Of a DNA stretch of 44,809 nucleotides, positions 1 to 9,692 are shown one piece after another. The notes beneath the pieces were generated by a model that had not been told where the DNA came from, made no database searches, and was given only the letters and a program-made list of their open reading frames with translations. The position numbers and the translations under genes are program-made. Positions within the stretch are counted from its first letter, which is position 1. Every line of letters starts with the position of its first letter. The DNA is from a virus. Lineage: Duplodnaviria; Heunggongvirae; Uroviricota; Caudoviricetes. Location of the stretch: the IMG/VR virus record IMGVR_UViG_3300042868_008486, positions 1-44,809 of that record. One strand, written 5' to 3'.

Positions 1-170
1 CCGTTACACTTGGGGGTCCACTTTATCCTACTTTCGTAGTTTATTTAATGACCATACACGGCCAATATCTTTATCAGTTTGTTACTCAAAATCAACCACA
101 AGGGTCTCATCATCAAACATTCTGAACGGATAATCAAATTTCAAAGAACGTCTCGGACATTTCCGATTTG
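1..170 (-). ncRNA. 5' part of a candidate large non-coding RNA (runs off window)
   Basis: No ORF in track, higher GC than flanks, hairpins such as CTAC-GAAA-GTAG, downstream of tandem promoters and boxA. Confidence 0.4.
139..149 (-). promoter_or_regulatory. boxA-like antitermination element (GTTCTTTGAAA)
   Basis: Matches bacterial rrn boxA; lies about 25 nt downstream of the most proximal of three tandem promoters. Confidence 0.6.
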
Positions 171-175
171 TTTTG

Positions 176-403
176 TAAAGTTAAGTATTTAATTTTGATT
201 TGTCAAACACTTTTTTTAACTTTTTTTTGAGGTTTAGGAAACCACGGTTTTATAACTAATTGTCAACCTTTCCCTCATTTGTTTTACAAAGATACTTAAT
301 GTTTTTTGTTCTGTCAAGTACTTTGTAAACTTTATTTTCTGATTTAAATTACTTTGTTTCAGAATTGTTTAACAAATGTATGAAATAAATATCGGTAATC
401 AAG
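176..403 (-). promoter_or_regulatory. three tandem Bacteroidota-type housekeeping promoters firing leftwards
   Basis: -7 boxes TACATTTG (373-380), TATCTTTG (287-294), TAACTTTA (176-183), each with TTG(A) upstream at similar spacing. Confidence 0.7.
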
Positions 404-415
404 TAAAAAAACAGA

Positions 416-1069
416 TTATTTTAATAAATTTTTAATTCTTGAGATTTCTTCGTTCAAATTATCCTCGGAATCGTTTTTTTTCTGTTTTAGTCTTTCGTCT
501 TTTTCTTTATTATGTAATTGGAACATACCTTTACCAATTTTCTTTAATTCTTTACCGGCAATATCCGCACCTTTTAAAAGTTGGTTTGCCGCAAATTCGA
601 TTGGTAAAGTGACAGGTGATAACGCATTAATTTCATAGTCTTTTGAATCACGATATCTTTTTGTTGGTTTTGTTTCTTTTTTGTCACTTACTTTAGATTT
701 ATCTTTAGATTCCTCATCTTTAAATAATTCACCATTTAAGAACTTCTTAGGATTGAGGTAATCTAAATTAGACGATAATACTGAATAAGTTATTGGTTCT
801 TCAGAAAAAAAACCAATTGTTGACCCACCACGAACATTATCGCTAAGATGAGCAAGAGTGTTATTAACACCACAAAATTGAGAATAGAATTTAGAGCCCC
901 CAATATTATGTTGAATTAATAAATAACCATCAGAACAACTATTATTATTAGTTTTAACCACAACACCATCATAGGGGGACATAACTTTGTCCATCCTATA
1001 TGACTTCAACTCCGCACTTTTAGATTTAAAATCTATATCTCCGTGGGTTATTTTATTTGATTTACTCAT
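416..1069 (-). CDS. peptidase M23-like protein, probably inactive
   Basis: HGDID, VMSPYDGVV, LLIQH, VRGGSTIG follow the M23 pattern; HxH motif absent; C-terminal LNEEISRIKNLLK. Confidence 0.55.
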   Translation of the reverse strand: MSKSNKITHGDIDFKSKSAELKSYRMDKVMSPYDGVVVKTNNNSCSDGYLLIQHNIGGSKFYSQFCGVNNTLAHLSDNVRGGSTIGFFSEEPITYSVLSSNLDYLNPKKFLNGELFKDEESKDKSKVSDKKETKPTKRYRDSKDYEINALSPVTLPIEFAANQLLKGADIAGKELKKIGKGMFQLHNKEKDERLKQKKNDSEDNLNEEISRIKNLLK

Positions 1070-1752
1070 TTCATTAATTTTTTAATTCTAGTAATTTCTT
1101 CAGTAATTGTTTGAACATTTTCAAGTGACTCATCATTTTCTTTAAACCCTAATAAATTTAACATTGATTTAAATATTGGGTTACCCATTGGCTTAGTATC
1201 ACTAGTTTCATCACCGTTAGTTTCATCCCCTTTAGTTTCGGTGTCAGTTGTGGTTTCTGAATCAGAGTCTGTTTTATCATTTTCAGGTGTCATTGGTTTA
1301 CCTGAACCTAATTTTTTTGCACTTTCAACGTGTTCCCAATGCCAAGGTTCGGTCCTTGGATTACTAAATGGGTTTGAGAAACCAAATTTCGATGCGTTGT
1401 CAGTTAACCATTTATGGGCTTTATCACCATATTTAACGACTAAATCAAGAGCAGCACCCCATCCGTGATTTGAAGTACCAGGATATGCGACAGGTGTTCC
1501 TGCGGTCCCTTTCTTTCTTCTTTTCTTGGTTTTCTTATAATAATCCCAATCAAATATTTTGTCTTGGATTTCAAATGGTCGATATGAATCAGTGATTGAC
1601 CAAGTGACACCATCTTCTTTAGCGGCTTTAACCATTTTATCGTAGGCCGCCGCGGCTTCGGGATTTAATTTATGATTACTATTTGAAGAGAGAGGTGTCA
1701 GATTGGTTAACTTACCATTAGTTTCTTCAAAAATCAATTTTTGATTTTTCAT
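1066..1752 (-). CDS. M15B/VanY-like D-Ala-D-Ala carboxypeptidase
   Basis: SYR, SNHGWGAALD, EPWHWE motifs. Confidence 0.85.
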   Translation of the reverse strand: MKNQKLIFEETNGKLTNLTPLSSNSNHKLNPEAAAAYDKMVKAAKEDGVTWSITDSYRPFEIQDKIFDWDYYKKTKKRRKKGTAGTPVAYPGTSNHGWGAALDLVVKYGDKAHKWLTDNASKFGFSNPFSNPRTEPWHWEHVESAKKLGSGKPMTPENDKTDSDSETTTDTETKGDETNGDETSDTKPMGNPIFKSMLNLLGFKENDESLENVQTITEEITRIKKLMK

Positions 1753-2441
1753 TTCATTAATTGTTTAATTCTAATTATTTCCTCGGTTATCGGTTTAACA
1801 CTTTCAAGGGACTCGTCATTTTCTTTAAACCCCAATAGATTTAACATTGATTTAAATATTGGATTACCCATTGACTTTTCACCTTCAGGTTCATCAGTTT
1901 TTGATTCGTCATCTTTAGTTTCACTATCTTTACTCACATCCCCTTTAGTTTCATCATCGGGAGTATCACTCGAACCTAATGACGGGTTTGAGGATGATGT
2001 TCCACTATCGGAATTTCGTGAAACGTGAACGTGGTTATCGTGATTGGGGAACCCAAATGTTAATACCGCTTTATCATTTCCACTTTCACTATTTTTAACG
2101 TAACCCATTTTAACTAGTTCATTAACGAACTTATTAATGGCATCATAAATACCATTACTTTTGGCTGCGGATAATGATGAAAATCCTTTACCATTAACCA
2201 TAGCAATATCTACGGCATTCCCTTTAGGGTGTCTACCACTATTTCTATGTCCTGTCACCGCAGTTGTTACGGAAACTTTAACACCGGCAGCTTTGGCAGC
2301 TTTATCAACATCGGCTAATAACGATGGGTTAATCTTATCTTTTGAAGGTGTACTTGAACCAACAACCCTATCTTTAAAATCGGTATTTTGATATAACGAT
2401 GAATTAACGCTAGATGGTGCTTCATATATATTCTTATCCAT
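1749..2441 (-). CDS. M15/Hedgehog-DD-peptidase fold protein
   Basis: SGRHPKGNAVD and HDNHVH zinc motifs; C-terminal tail shared with neighbour. Confidence 0.7.
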   Translation of the reverse strand: MDKNIYEAPSSVNSSLYQNTDFKDRVVGSSTPSKDKINPSLLADVDKAAKAAGVKVSVTTAVTGHRNSGRHPKGNAVDIAMVNGKGFSSLSAAKSNGIYDAINKFVNELVKMGYVKNSESGNDKAVLTFGFPNHDNHVHVSRNSDSGTSSSNPSLGSSDTPDDETKGDVSKDSETKDDESKTDEPEGEKSMGNPIFKSMLNLLGFKENDESLESVKPITEEIIRIKQLMK

Positions 2442-2461
2442 ACCAATAAATAGTTGGGATA

Positions 2462-2488
2462 TAAAAAAAAGTGGGTTTCCCCACTTTT
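2462..2488. terminator. intrinsic terminator
   Basis: AAAAGTGGG-tttc-CCCACTTTT hairpin with A/T tracts. Confidence 0.75.
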
Positions 2489-3542
2489 ATAACTTTTTGA
2501 ACTCAGGTCTTATTAGTCTCCATATAGTTTCGTCGTAATCTTTTTTATCCCACATTTGAAACATCACACCTCTAAGTCCTTCTTTTATGTTTTTCATAAC
2601 AAACTCTGCGTATTCTTTCTTAGTTGGTTCAGGGTCAACATCACCATATTTCCCGTATCTAAACCCATCGTGCATTTTACCACAATATTCAGATATTGAA
2701 TAGTGAGCGTATCTCAAATCTTTAACGTAAGATTTTATTTTAGAATAGAATTCATCAGGAACTTCTTTCATCATTTCTAAAACATCATCACCATTTCTCA
2801 AACATTCCCATATACCGGTAGTAGATACGTTAGTCATTATTTTATGTAGACGTAAGTATTCCACACCTTTAACTTTCATTCTATCACCATTTGAGAATAA
2901 CACTATAAACCCTTCAGCGTCGTCTCTAACCATTTGTTTTAACACAGAATAGTCAGATATACCATCGTAACGTTTAACAACTTTTAAACCGATATTTCGT
3001 ATAAGATTTTGTATTCTCATATCTAAATCCCCGTGTAAGTTTACTTCATATCCGTGTTTAGTGTTTGTCGAGCCAAGTAAAACAACATCTTCAAAATCAT
3101 ATGAACAAACTATTCTGTTTTCAGCATATATTATTTCAAATAAGTAAGTGAAGTCTTTATGTAATTTGTTGTAATCATAATTAGATAACATTTCCATACC
3201 TTTCACCGCTTGGTCGGAAGTAAATGAACCACGAGTTGCCATAACCCATTCCCCTTCGTAGTGGAATAATATCCCCAATGAACCATCCATTTTCTCATAG
3301 ACTTTGAAATCATCAGTTGGGGTGTGTTTACCTTCCTCCATATTGAAGAATTTTCTAAATGGTCTTGCAACTATATTACCGTTGTCGTCAGTTACTAAAC
3401 CACGACACATCAAAGTCACCTCATCCCATAAGTTCTCAAACTGAACTTTCTCAGTGTAATTCCATATGGTTAATGGTAAAGTTGGATGTACTTGTTTGTA
3501 CAATAACCCATCATTGTAATATTTTTCTAAAGTTGCTTTCAT
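2487..3542 (-). CDS. RNA ligase, T4 Rnl1/RnlA family
   Basis: KFFN, EKMDGSL (motif I), ATRGSF, EGF, KVK. Confidence 0.9.
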   Translation of the reverse strand: MKATLEKYYNDGLLYKQVHPTLPLTIWNYTEKVQFENLWDEVTLMCRGLVTDDNGNIVARPFRKFFNMEEGKHTPTDDFKVYEKMDGSLGILFHYEGEWVMATRGSFTSDQAVKGMEMLSNYDYNKLHKDFTYLFEIIYAENRIVCSYDFEDVVLLGSTNTKHGYEVNLHGDLDMRIQNLIRNIGLKVVKRYDGISDYSVLKQMVRDDAEGFIVLFSNGDRMKVKGVEYLRLHKIMTNVSTTGIWECLRNGDDVLEMMKEVPDEFYSKIKSYVKDLRYAHYSISEYCGKMHDGFRYGKYGDVDPEPTKKEYAEFVMKNIKEGLRGVMFQMWDKKDYDETIWRLIRPEFKKL

Positions 3543-3554
3543 ACAACAAATATA

Positions 3555-4496
3555 CTAAATTCTTTTAATAATCGTACCGTCTGAATAGTGAAAAAATTTC
3601 ATTCCAGGTGAATCTACCGTAACGTCTTGACCTAATGTGTTTGTTATCTTAATTAATTCGGGGGTGAATTTACGATTATCAATTGATATGATATTAAAAT
3701 CTTTTGATTTACCATCATAATCGGTTTGCGTTAAATAATAATATGAAATATCATTAAAATAACCCCTCTCTAAGTATTGGTAAAAATGCGTAAATGATGA
3801 GGTTCCGACACCATCAACTTTTGCGACTTCCACCCAATTAATTGGGTAATATGTTTTAAAAATTGTGAAGAATTGATTATTAGTTTCTGTGGCAGTCGCC
3901 CATTCAAGTAAATTACCATCCTCAGTTTGTTTACCCTTGAAGTATAATAATTCAATAGGTAAACCTACAGGTTCAGATTCAAAGATTGATAAGTCATCTA
4001 AATATGCTGATGTTGGACCACCATAGATTGTGTTAGTCCATATTTGAAAATAACCCGACCCTGCGTATGTGGATAATATAGTAAACGACCATTGATACCA
4101 AGTATTCCAATTTGAATTACAACTTGAGTTAGTTTGATTATCAGTTGTTAATAATGTTGTTTGATTTGGTAACTCATTAGTGTTTACAACTACCGAACAA
4201 ACACGTTTTGTGTAAAAGGTTATTGTGTAATTATAATTCGCTTTAAAAGTAATAGGAATATAAATATAAATTGAATTACCATTTGCCGCGGATGAAAATC
4301 TTGAGGAATACTTCGTCGCGTCAAAAACATTACGATAATTTCCTGTGGCACTTTCATTCCTGTTAAAGACCCAAACATTTGAAGTTGATGACCATCCTGA
4401 TGGTGATACACTTGAGAAGTGTTGGTCAACAAGATAAGTCTGTCCATAAGTGAATATAGACAGACTTAACATTAAGATATTAATTAAAGTTTTCAT
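3555..4496 (-). CDS. secreted Bacteroidota-type protein with T9SS-like C-terminus
   Basis: Signal peptide; LPIELLYFKG...LEWATATETNN domain; terminal LIKITNTLGQ...YSDGTIIK. Confidence 0.65.
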   Translation of the reverse strand: MKTLINILMLSLSIFTYGQTYLVDQHFSSVSPSGWSSTSNVWVFNRNESATGNYRNVFDATKYSSRFSSAANGNSIYIYIPITFKANYNYTITFYTKRVCSVVVNTNELPNQTTLLTTDNQTNSSCNSNWNTWYQWSFTILSTYAGSGYFQIWTNTIYGGPTSAYLDDLSIFESEPVGLPIELLYFKGKQTEDGNLLEWATATETNNQFFTIFKTYYPINWVEVAKVDGVGTSSFTHFYQYLERGYFNDISYYYLTQTDYDGKSKDFNIISIDNRKFTPELIKITNTLGQDVTVDSPGMKFFHYSDGTIIKRI

Positions 4497-5527
4497 TTCT
4501 CATTTAATAAGAATTTATTAGAGATTGCTTTGAAACTGATTTTTCTGTCGTGTGAACGAATAACTAGCCCCTCTCTTTCGGTTTTAATATTTAAAACAGA
4601 CTTACCTTCAGCCATTAACAATAATTCATCAATTGTTTCAGGTAATGTAAAATCTAAGTCGAGAATTGGAACCGTTTTCACTTCCAAAATTTTAGTCAAT
4701 TCAAGCAAATCATCTAACGATAAATAGTCGTACTTGTCAATATCAAATCCGTTGAATATTCTAACTGTTTGACCAATACGTTGGTAAGGATTTCCTTGAA
4801 TTCCTTCACCGATGATTTCACCTTGTACCGCAAGGTTTTTCTCCAATCCAACCAACTTATCACGTAATCCTGATTCGATTGCGAATTTCCACATAGAATT
4901 GTTCACATCCTCCAATAAATCCAAGTTTCTTGAACACACTCCAAATACCCCGTCTTTAACGTAGTAAGTTACACTAGAACCATCTAATTTCTCAGTTACG
5001 TAGAATTTCGCCAATTTGTAGATAGGGTATTCTTTTGTCAAGTTTTGAACTCTTTCTTCATCAGTTTTCTTTAAAAATGAAGGAAAATTACCTTTAACTT
5101 GTCCTGCCAATTGTGCGGGAATTGGTGGTTCGTATTTCACAATGTTTAACATTTCTGTTACGTCAAGACCTTCAAACCAACCCATATCCATATTCGGTGT
5201 GTTTCTTTTGAAAACATCGTAAGCCTCTTTAAGGGGTAAGATTAACCCTTGAGAGATTTGACCTCGTAATCTGATTGTTTTCAAACGGAAACCTTCATTA
5301 CCGTCCGCCATTTTTTTGTATGAACTCTTACGTAAAAATTCAAACTCAGGTTCAATAGGTAAAAATGAGTCAACCTCACAGTAAACAATTAAGTCACCTA
5401 CTTTATGATTTACATCTTTAGCAACAACAACTTTCCATCCGTCAATTGTTGCCAATTCAATTTTGTCAGCCCCTTCGATTGGACTTAAATCAGAAATTTG
5501 TCTAATACTCGCTAATTTTCTTTCCAT
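4493..5527 (-). CDS. RNA ligase, DRB0094 family
   Basis: N-terminal RKLASI...IEGADKIE, KTDEERVQN, TEKLDGSS, QGE, EGLV, FKAISNKFL. Confidence 0.9.
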   Translation of the reverse strand: MERKLASIRQISDLSPIEGADKIELATIDGWKVVVAKDVNHKVGDLIVYCEVDSFLPIEPEFEFLRKSSYKKMADGNEGFRLKTIRLRGQISQGLILPLKEAYDVFKRNTPNMDMGWFEGLDVTEMLNIVKYEPPIPAQLAGQVKGNFPSFLKKTDEERVQNLTKEYPIYKLAKFYVTEKLDGSSVTYYVKDGVFGVCSRNLDLLEDVNNSMWKFAIESGLRDKLVGLEKNLAVQGEIIGEGIQGNPYQRIGQTVRIFNGFDIDKYDYLSLDDLLELTKILEVKTVPILDLDFTLPETIDELLLMAEGKSVLNIKTEREGLVIRSHDRKISFKAISNKFLLNEK

Positions 5528-5687
5528 TTGTTCTTGTGTTAAATAATTTTATATATTTTATTCTCAATGTTTTGTATTGTCTTATCATAAACTGACTTAT
5601 ATTGTCAGGGTTTGATGAATGTAATTCAATCATATAATTGGTTGACCTTACCTCATCCAATAAATCGAGTAATTCATATTTTTCCAT
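5502..5687 (-). CDS. hypothetical protein
   Basis: ORF packed in operon; start moved to MEKYELL. Confidence 0.5.
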   Translation of the reverse strand: MEKYELLDLLDEVRSTNYMIELHSSNPDNISQFMIRQYKTLRIKYIKLFNTRTNGKKISEY

Positions 5688-6036
5688 CGTCAATTCTTTT
5701 AACCATTTCCGATTGTGTGTATACTTCCTCACCCGATTCAAATTTAATCAATAAATCTAAATTCACAACTTTATTATCCATATATTTTTCAGTGTAAGTG
5801 TAATTACAATTTGTTTGAATAACAATACCGTGGTTTTGAAATAATTTATCAATCCCTGACCGGTGTTTTAACGTGTCTTTATCAATGTTATAACTACCAT
5901 CCCAAATCAAGACTCTATCACCTACATCTTTAATTCTATCGTCTTTATGTTGTTTGATATACTCTTGTATTTCTTTTAACATATTAACCGATTCTAAGAA
6001 TAAATCATCTTGATTATTTTCGTCGTAAGTTTCCAT
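5674..6036 (-). CDS. hypothetical protein
   Basis: 120-aa ORF in operon. Confidence 0.7.
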   Translation of the reverse strand: METYDENNQDDLFLESVNMLKEIQEYIKQHKDDRIKDVGDRVLIWDGSYNIDKDTLKHRSGIDKLFQNHGIVIQTNCNYTYTEKYMDNKVVNLDLLIKFESGEEVYTQSEMVKRIDDGKI

Positions 6037-6041
6037 AATAA

Positions 6042-6710
6042 TTAACCAATAACATTTAACATTTCATCAGTGTGGTGGTCCTTTTCAATCTCAGAATGAA
6101 TTGGTTGTCTATCTAACAATGGAACCAACTCTCCCATAAGATTGTATGGTCTAAACTCTAAATGACCATCAATACCAGCATCAATTCTTCTCCCTTTTCC
6201 TAATCTTCTATTGTTAGGTAAGTGACAGTGACCGTGTATGTGCATCGCACCTTTACGTAAGTTATTCCACGAGTCAATTGGGTAGTGCATCAATTGAATT
6301 TCTCTTTTCCCAATCTTCAATGTGTTGTAGTGAGAAACACTCAAAAACAATTCTTGAACGTTGTCTTTATTATTCTCAATGTGGTGGTCGTGATTCCCCA
6401 AGATTAAGTGTATGTTTTTACATACAACTCTATCTCTGAATTTTCGGATTGACTCGAACCCACCAAAAGACCAATCACCCAAGTGAATTAAGATATCGTC
6501 TTCTTTAACGTATTGGTTAATGTTATTAACTATTGTGTCATTCATTAAATCAAGATTACTGAAGTCACGAGTTTCTTTAATTGGAATTGAACCGTCAGGT
6601 TTTCTCCAACTTGTTGTACCACGACAAATGTTTGTGTGATTGTAGTGAGTATCTGATGTTACCCAAACATTTGGGTATTTTCCTTGTTTATTTGCGTTAA
6701 TTTTAATCAT
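6042..6710 (-). CDS. calcineurin-like metallophosphoesterase
   Basis: SDTH, HLGD, GNHD, HYP, HGHCH. Confidence 0.9.
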   Translation of the reverse strand: MIKINANKQGKYPNVWVTSDTHYNHTNICRGTTSWRKPDGSIPIKETRDFSNLDLMNDTIVNNINQYVKEDDILIHLGDWSFGGFESIRKFRDRVVCKNIHLILGNHDHHIENNKDNVQELFLSVSHYNTLKIGKREIQLMHYPIDSWNNLRKGAMHIHGHCHLPNNRRLGKGRRIDAGIDGHLEFRPYNLMGELVPLLDRQPIHSEIEKDHHTDEMLNVIG

Positions 6711-7227
6711 ATTGTAAATCTAGTAATTTTTCACCACTAAACCAAGATGGAACGTCTCTTTTTTTCCACGCCGCCAAATCTGATTTAGCTCCTTTATAAT
6801 ATTTTCGGTAAGATAATACTGCCGAGGTGATAGGATGACAATAACTTACCGTTTTAAACTCGTCTGGCATCGCCAATGGGGGACAAGTGAATTCTGTGTC
6901 AGGAATGTTTGGTCTGTTGAATAGACACCATTTAATGACCTCAACCGATTTATGAGTTTTACCATATCTAAATGTATATTCTTCACCCAACGCTAAACCT
7001 AATTCACACAAGTACAAATAGTTTGGTAATGTCTCACGAGCCCAAATCGCACAAGGGTGGTTCTTATGTGTCATCTTGTATGGGATTAGTTCTTTATCCA
7101 CATTACCAGTTAAATGTTGAACTGAACACAATAGTTGTGCAGTTTCCAATATCATTTTAACAACGTGTTTGTCTACGTGATATTGTGCATTTTTCTTAAC
7201 GTCGGTATCTAAAAAGAATATGTTCAT
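6703..7227 (-). CDS. pyrimidine dimer DNA glycosylase / endonuclease V-like protein
   Basis: MNIFFLD, HVVKMILETAQLL, THKNHPCAIW, AMPD. Confidence 0.8.
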   Translation of the reverse strand: MNIFFLDTDVKKNAQYHVDKHVVKMILETAQLLCSVQHLTGNVDKELIPYKMTHKNHPCAIWARETLPNYLYLCELGLALGEEYTFRYGKTHKSVEVIKWCLFNRPNIPDTEFTCPPLAMPDEFKTVSYCHPITSAVLSYRKYYKGAKSDLAAWKKRDVPSWFSGEKLLDLQYD

Positions 7228-7228
7228 A

Positions 7229-7687
7229 TTATACAGTATGTTCAATTTGTACTCTAACACAAGTTTGTGATTGTCCTTCATTCATCAAGAAGTTGTTACA
7301 ATACCCCATTATATTAGCGGACCCAATTGGGTTTGCTGAATGTACAACAATTTCAGGGAACTTAATAGGTTTTTGTTTTTTATCAAATCTTGACATATTG
7401 ATTCTATTCTCATTTAATCCGTAGAATTCTGATACCAACCATTTAATTGCGTCGTAACCTGTTTTTTCTTCGATGTTATCGTAATCTAATTTATAATTTT
7501 TAGATACGTTATTGAAGTATTCTTGCATCGCACTATCACCTAAGTCGTGGTCCAATGAAATTAATTTGATATTAGTTAAACCAACTTTGTTTACCAAATT
7601 AACAAACTCATAGAAGTTTCTTACTACTAACCAATCTTTATCGACAGGTGTTCTTACATCATCTAAATATATTTTTACTTTTTCCAT
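7229..7687 (-). CDS. cyclic-phosphate processing receiver-domain protein
   Basis: YLDDVR, SLDHDLG, TGYD, HSANPIG. Confidence 0.8.
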   Translation of the reverse strand: MEKVKIYLDDVRTPVDKDWLVVRNFYEFVNLVNKVGLTNIKLISLDHDLGDSAMQEYFNNVSKNYKLDYDNIEEKTGYDAIKWLVSEFYGLNENRINMSRFDKKQKPIKFPEIVVHSANPIGSANIMGYCNNFLMNEGQSQTCVRVQIEHTV

Positions 7688-7710
7688 AATCTTTCTTTTA
7701 ACAAATATAA

Positions 7711-8058
7711 TCAATATCTATGAACGTACACTATCAATCCAAGTTTTTTTGATGTGTCTATCATATTTTTAGTCCCTTTACTCTCACCGTCCCAAAACGC
7801 AATTAACATATCACCATATTCGGCCATTTGTCTATTACGGATGTGACCGGCACCTTTACCGTGTTTATTCCAATCGGCAGGAAATACCTTTAAATCAAAA
7901 CCCTTTTCTTTGGAATATTGTTCACCCAATTTATCGGTTCCTCTAGCACCACCACTAACAATTTCAGGTGTGGTAAGTGTTGGTATAACACCGTCACATA
8001 TCTCACGTAGTAATTCATAATCGTTGAATTCTCTACCACCAGCAATAATGACTTTCAT
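7711..8058 (-). CDS. SLOG family (YspA/DUF2493-like) protein
   Basis: IIAGGREF, VSGGARGTD, GHIRN, AFWDGESKGT. Confidence 0.85.
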   Translation of the reverse strand: MKVIIAGGREFNDYELLREICDGVIPTLTTPEIVSGGARGTDKLGEQYSKEKGFDLKVFPADWNKHGKGAGHIRNRQMAEYGDMLIAFWDGESKGTKNMIDTSKKLGLIVYVHRY

Positions 8059-8285
8059 TATCTGAAGAAATATTTTCTTGAATAATACCCAAGGGTGTTT
8101 ATGTCAATATCATCATTATTAATGAACATAAATCCTTGATATTGGTCGGCGATATGTAACGCACTTTCAATCATAGTACAAATACCAATTTTAAAATCTT
8201 TGGTTGCGATTTCATCGGTTCTTGATAATTGAAGGTTTGCGTAATCAACCATATCTTTAACTGAAACTGTTTTTCTTTTTGCCAT
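8058..8285 (-). CDS. hypothetical protein
   Basis: 75-aa ORF overlapping next start. Confidence 0.65.
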   Translation of the reverse strand: MAKRKTVSVKDMVDYANLQLSRTDEIATKDFKIGICTMIESALHIADQYQGFMFINNDDIDINTLGYYSRKYFFR

Positions 8286-8352
8286 AACATTAAGTTTTAT
8301 GTTACGAAGATATATAAATTTTGGGGAAAAACATACGGAATAGAAAAAAAAG

Positions 8353-8459
8353 TTATTAATACAGGATTCGAACCTGTGAGTCCCCGTGTATAGGTATCAT
8401 ACATACCACATTCCCGGACTTTATGTATGCTCAACCTTAAGCCACTCGGTCAATTAATT
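8353..8459 (-). ncRNA. tRNA-like RNA with expanded, non-canonical anticodon region
   Basis: D arm ACCGAGTGGCTTAAGGT, T arm ACAGG-TTCGAAT-CCTGT, AT-rich acceptor; central CATACATA/TATGTATG stem with 16-nt loop. Confidence 0.55.
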
Positions 8460-8673
8460 AACCACCCCTGAGATTACGGGGTGTAGATGTCCTCAGTTTT
8501 TCTTATACAAAACCCAACGCGTCTTACCGCTTAAAAATCAACCATTACGTCGGAGTGAGGATGGTGTTCCACACTATTAGCCCAACGACCCCCTTTACAA
8601 ATCCTAATGAGGTATCAGATATATCATTGTTTAAGTAACGATACCAAATCTAGTGAGTTTCTCGAACTCATTG

Positions 8674-8748
8674 TGGAGACAGTGGGAATCGAACCCACCA
8701 CACGGTGATTGCAAATCATCATCGCCACGCCTTGGAACATTTGCCCCC
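8674..8748 (-). tRNA. trnA: tRNA-Ala(TGC)
   Basis: Cloverleaf, loop TT-TGC-AA, G3:U70, A73. Confidence 0.9.
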
Positions 8749-8860
8749 AAATTTAGACAACAGGTAATACTCACATTTATTATTACCTAACTCAACGACC
8801 TCTGCAGTTGTGAATCTGTTTTAAAGGTTTTCCTCGGTGAAGAGTTTGTTGTCTATTTTT

Positions 8861-9019
8861 TTATTTGAAAGACTTTGATTGGTCCTCCCTATTTAATTCT
8901 TTCTCAATGTAGATATTGACCATATGTATTAGTGTGTCAGAATCAATATCAATTGTTTGACTTTCCTTACTTTCTTTCAGAAACGGAAAGATATTTTTAA
9001 AATACTCCTCGAATTTCAT
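8861..9019 (-). CDS. small hypothetical protein (52 aa, MKFEEYFKNIF)
   Basis: Read manually; follows upstream ORF directly. Confidence 0.5.
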   Translation of the reverse strand: MKFEEYFKNIFPFLKESKESQTIDIDSDTLIHMVNIYIEKELNREDQSKSFK

Positions 9020-9023
9020 TTTA

Positions 9024-9356
9024 TTATAACTTTATAAATGTTTCATTTTTGATTGATTTACTAATCCATCTTGCTAATTCAGAACCTCTTATTTCCGAAT
9101 TGAAAGAAGTTGTCCCAAGGTCTTCAGATAATGTTGTGACCACATCTGACTCCTTAACTTTCGCACCAACTTCTAATGTTGATACATTATGTGTGACCTT
9201 TACATCAACTGTTGAAATTGGAAACTCGTACATATCACCAAAAACCTCAATCTTGTAATACAAATTACCTGCAATATAGTGACTAAATTTAGCCATTGCT
9301 TTAGACTTCATTAAGTCTTTTTTAATTTCAGTTTCGTTTAACTCAATTGTAACCAT
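9024..9356 (-). CDS. hypothetical protein
   Basis: ORF within tRNA array; start uncertain. Confidence 0.65.
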   Translation of the reverse strand: MVTIELNETEIKKDLMKSKAMAKFSHYIAGNLYYKIEVFGDMYEFPISTVDVKVTHNVSTLEVGAKVKESDVVTTLSEDLGTTSFNSEIRGSELARWISKSIKNETFIKL

Positions 9357-9663
9357 TTTCCAATTTCCATTTATTATGTAATTCATTTATTGTGTGATAA
9401 GGACTACCTACACCTTCATAAATCTCATCAAAACCATTTTCTTTAGTAATAACAGATTCTTCAGCTTTAATTGCCCCCCTATATTTATCCCCGTAACTTC
9501 CTTGAACTGTTTTTGTTGCCGGGTCAATATCACCCCAAGATGCTCTCCAACTTCTTGGTTCAATATATTCTACGAAATATTGTTTACCTGTTTCAGGAAA
9601 TACAACAATTTCTTTTCCTGTTTCGTCTCGATTTACTAAGAAATCTCTTTTTACATCTTCCAT
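9343..9663 (-). CDS. hypothetical protein
   Basis: 106-aa ORF within tRNA array. Confidence 0.75.
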   Translation of the reverse strand: MEDVKRDFLVNRDETGKEIVVFPETGKQYFVEYIEPRSWRASWGDIDPATKTVQGSYGDKYRGAIKAEESVITKENGFDEIYEGVGSPYHTINELHNKWKLENGYN

Positions 9664-9692
9664 AACTGACTGTTATACTGTTTATTTTATTG

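Noticed and set aside
1-170. rRNA gene
   Set aside because: rrn-like promoter layout but no recognisable 16S, 23S or 5S sequence
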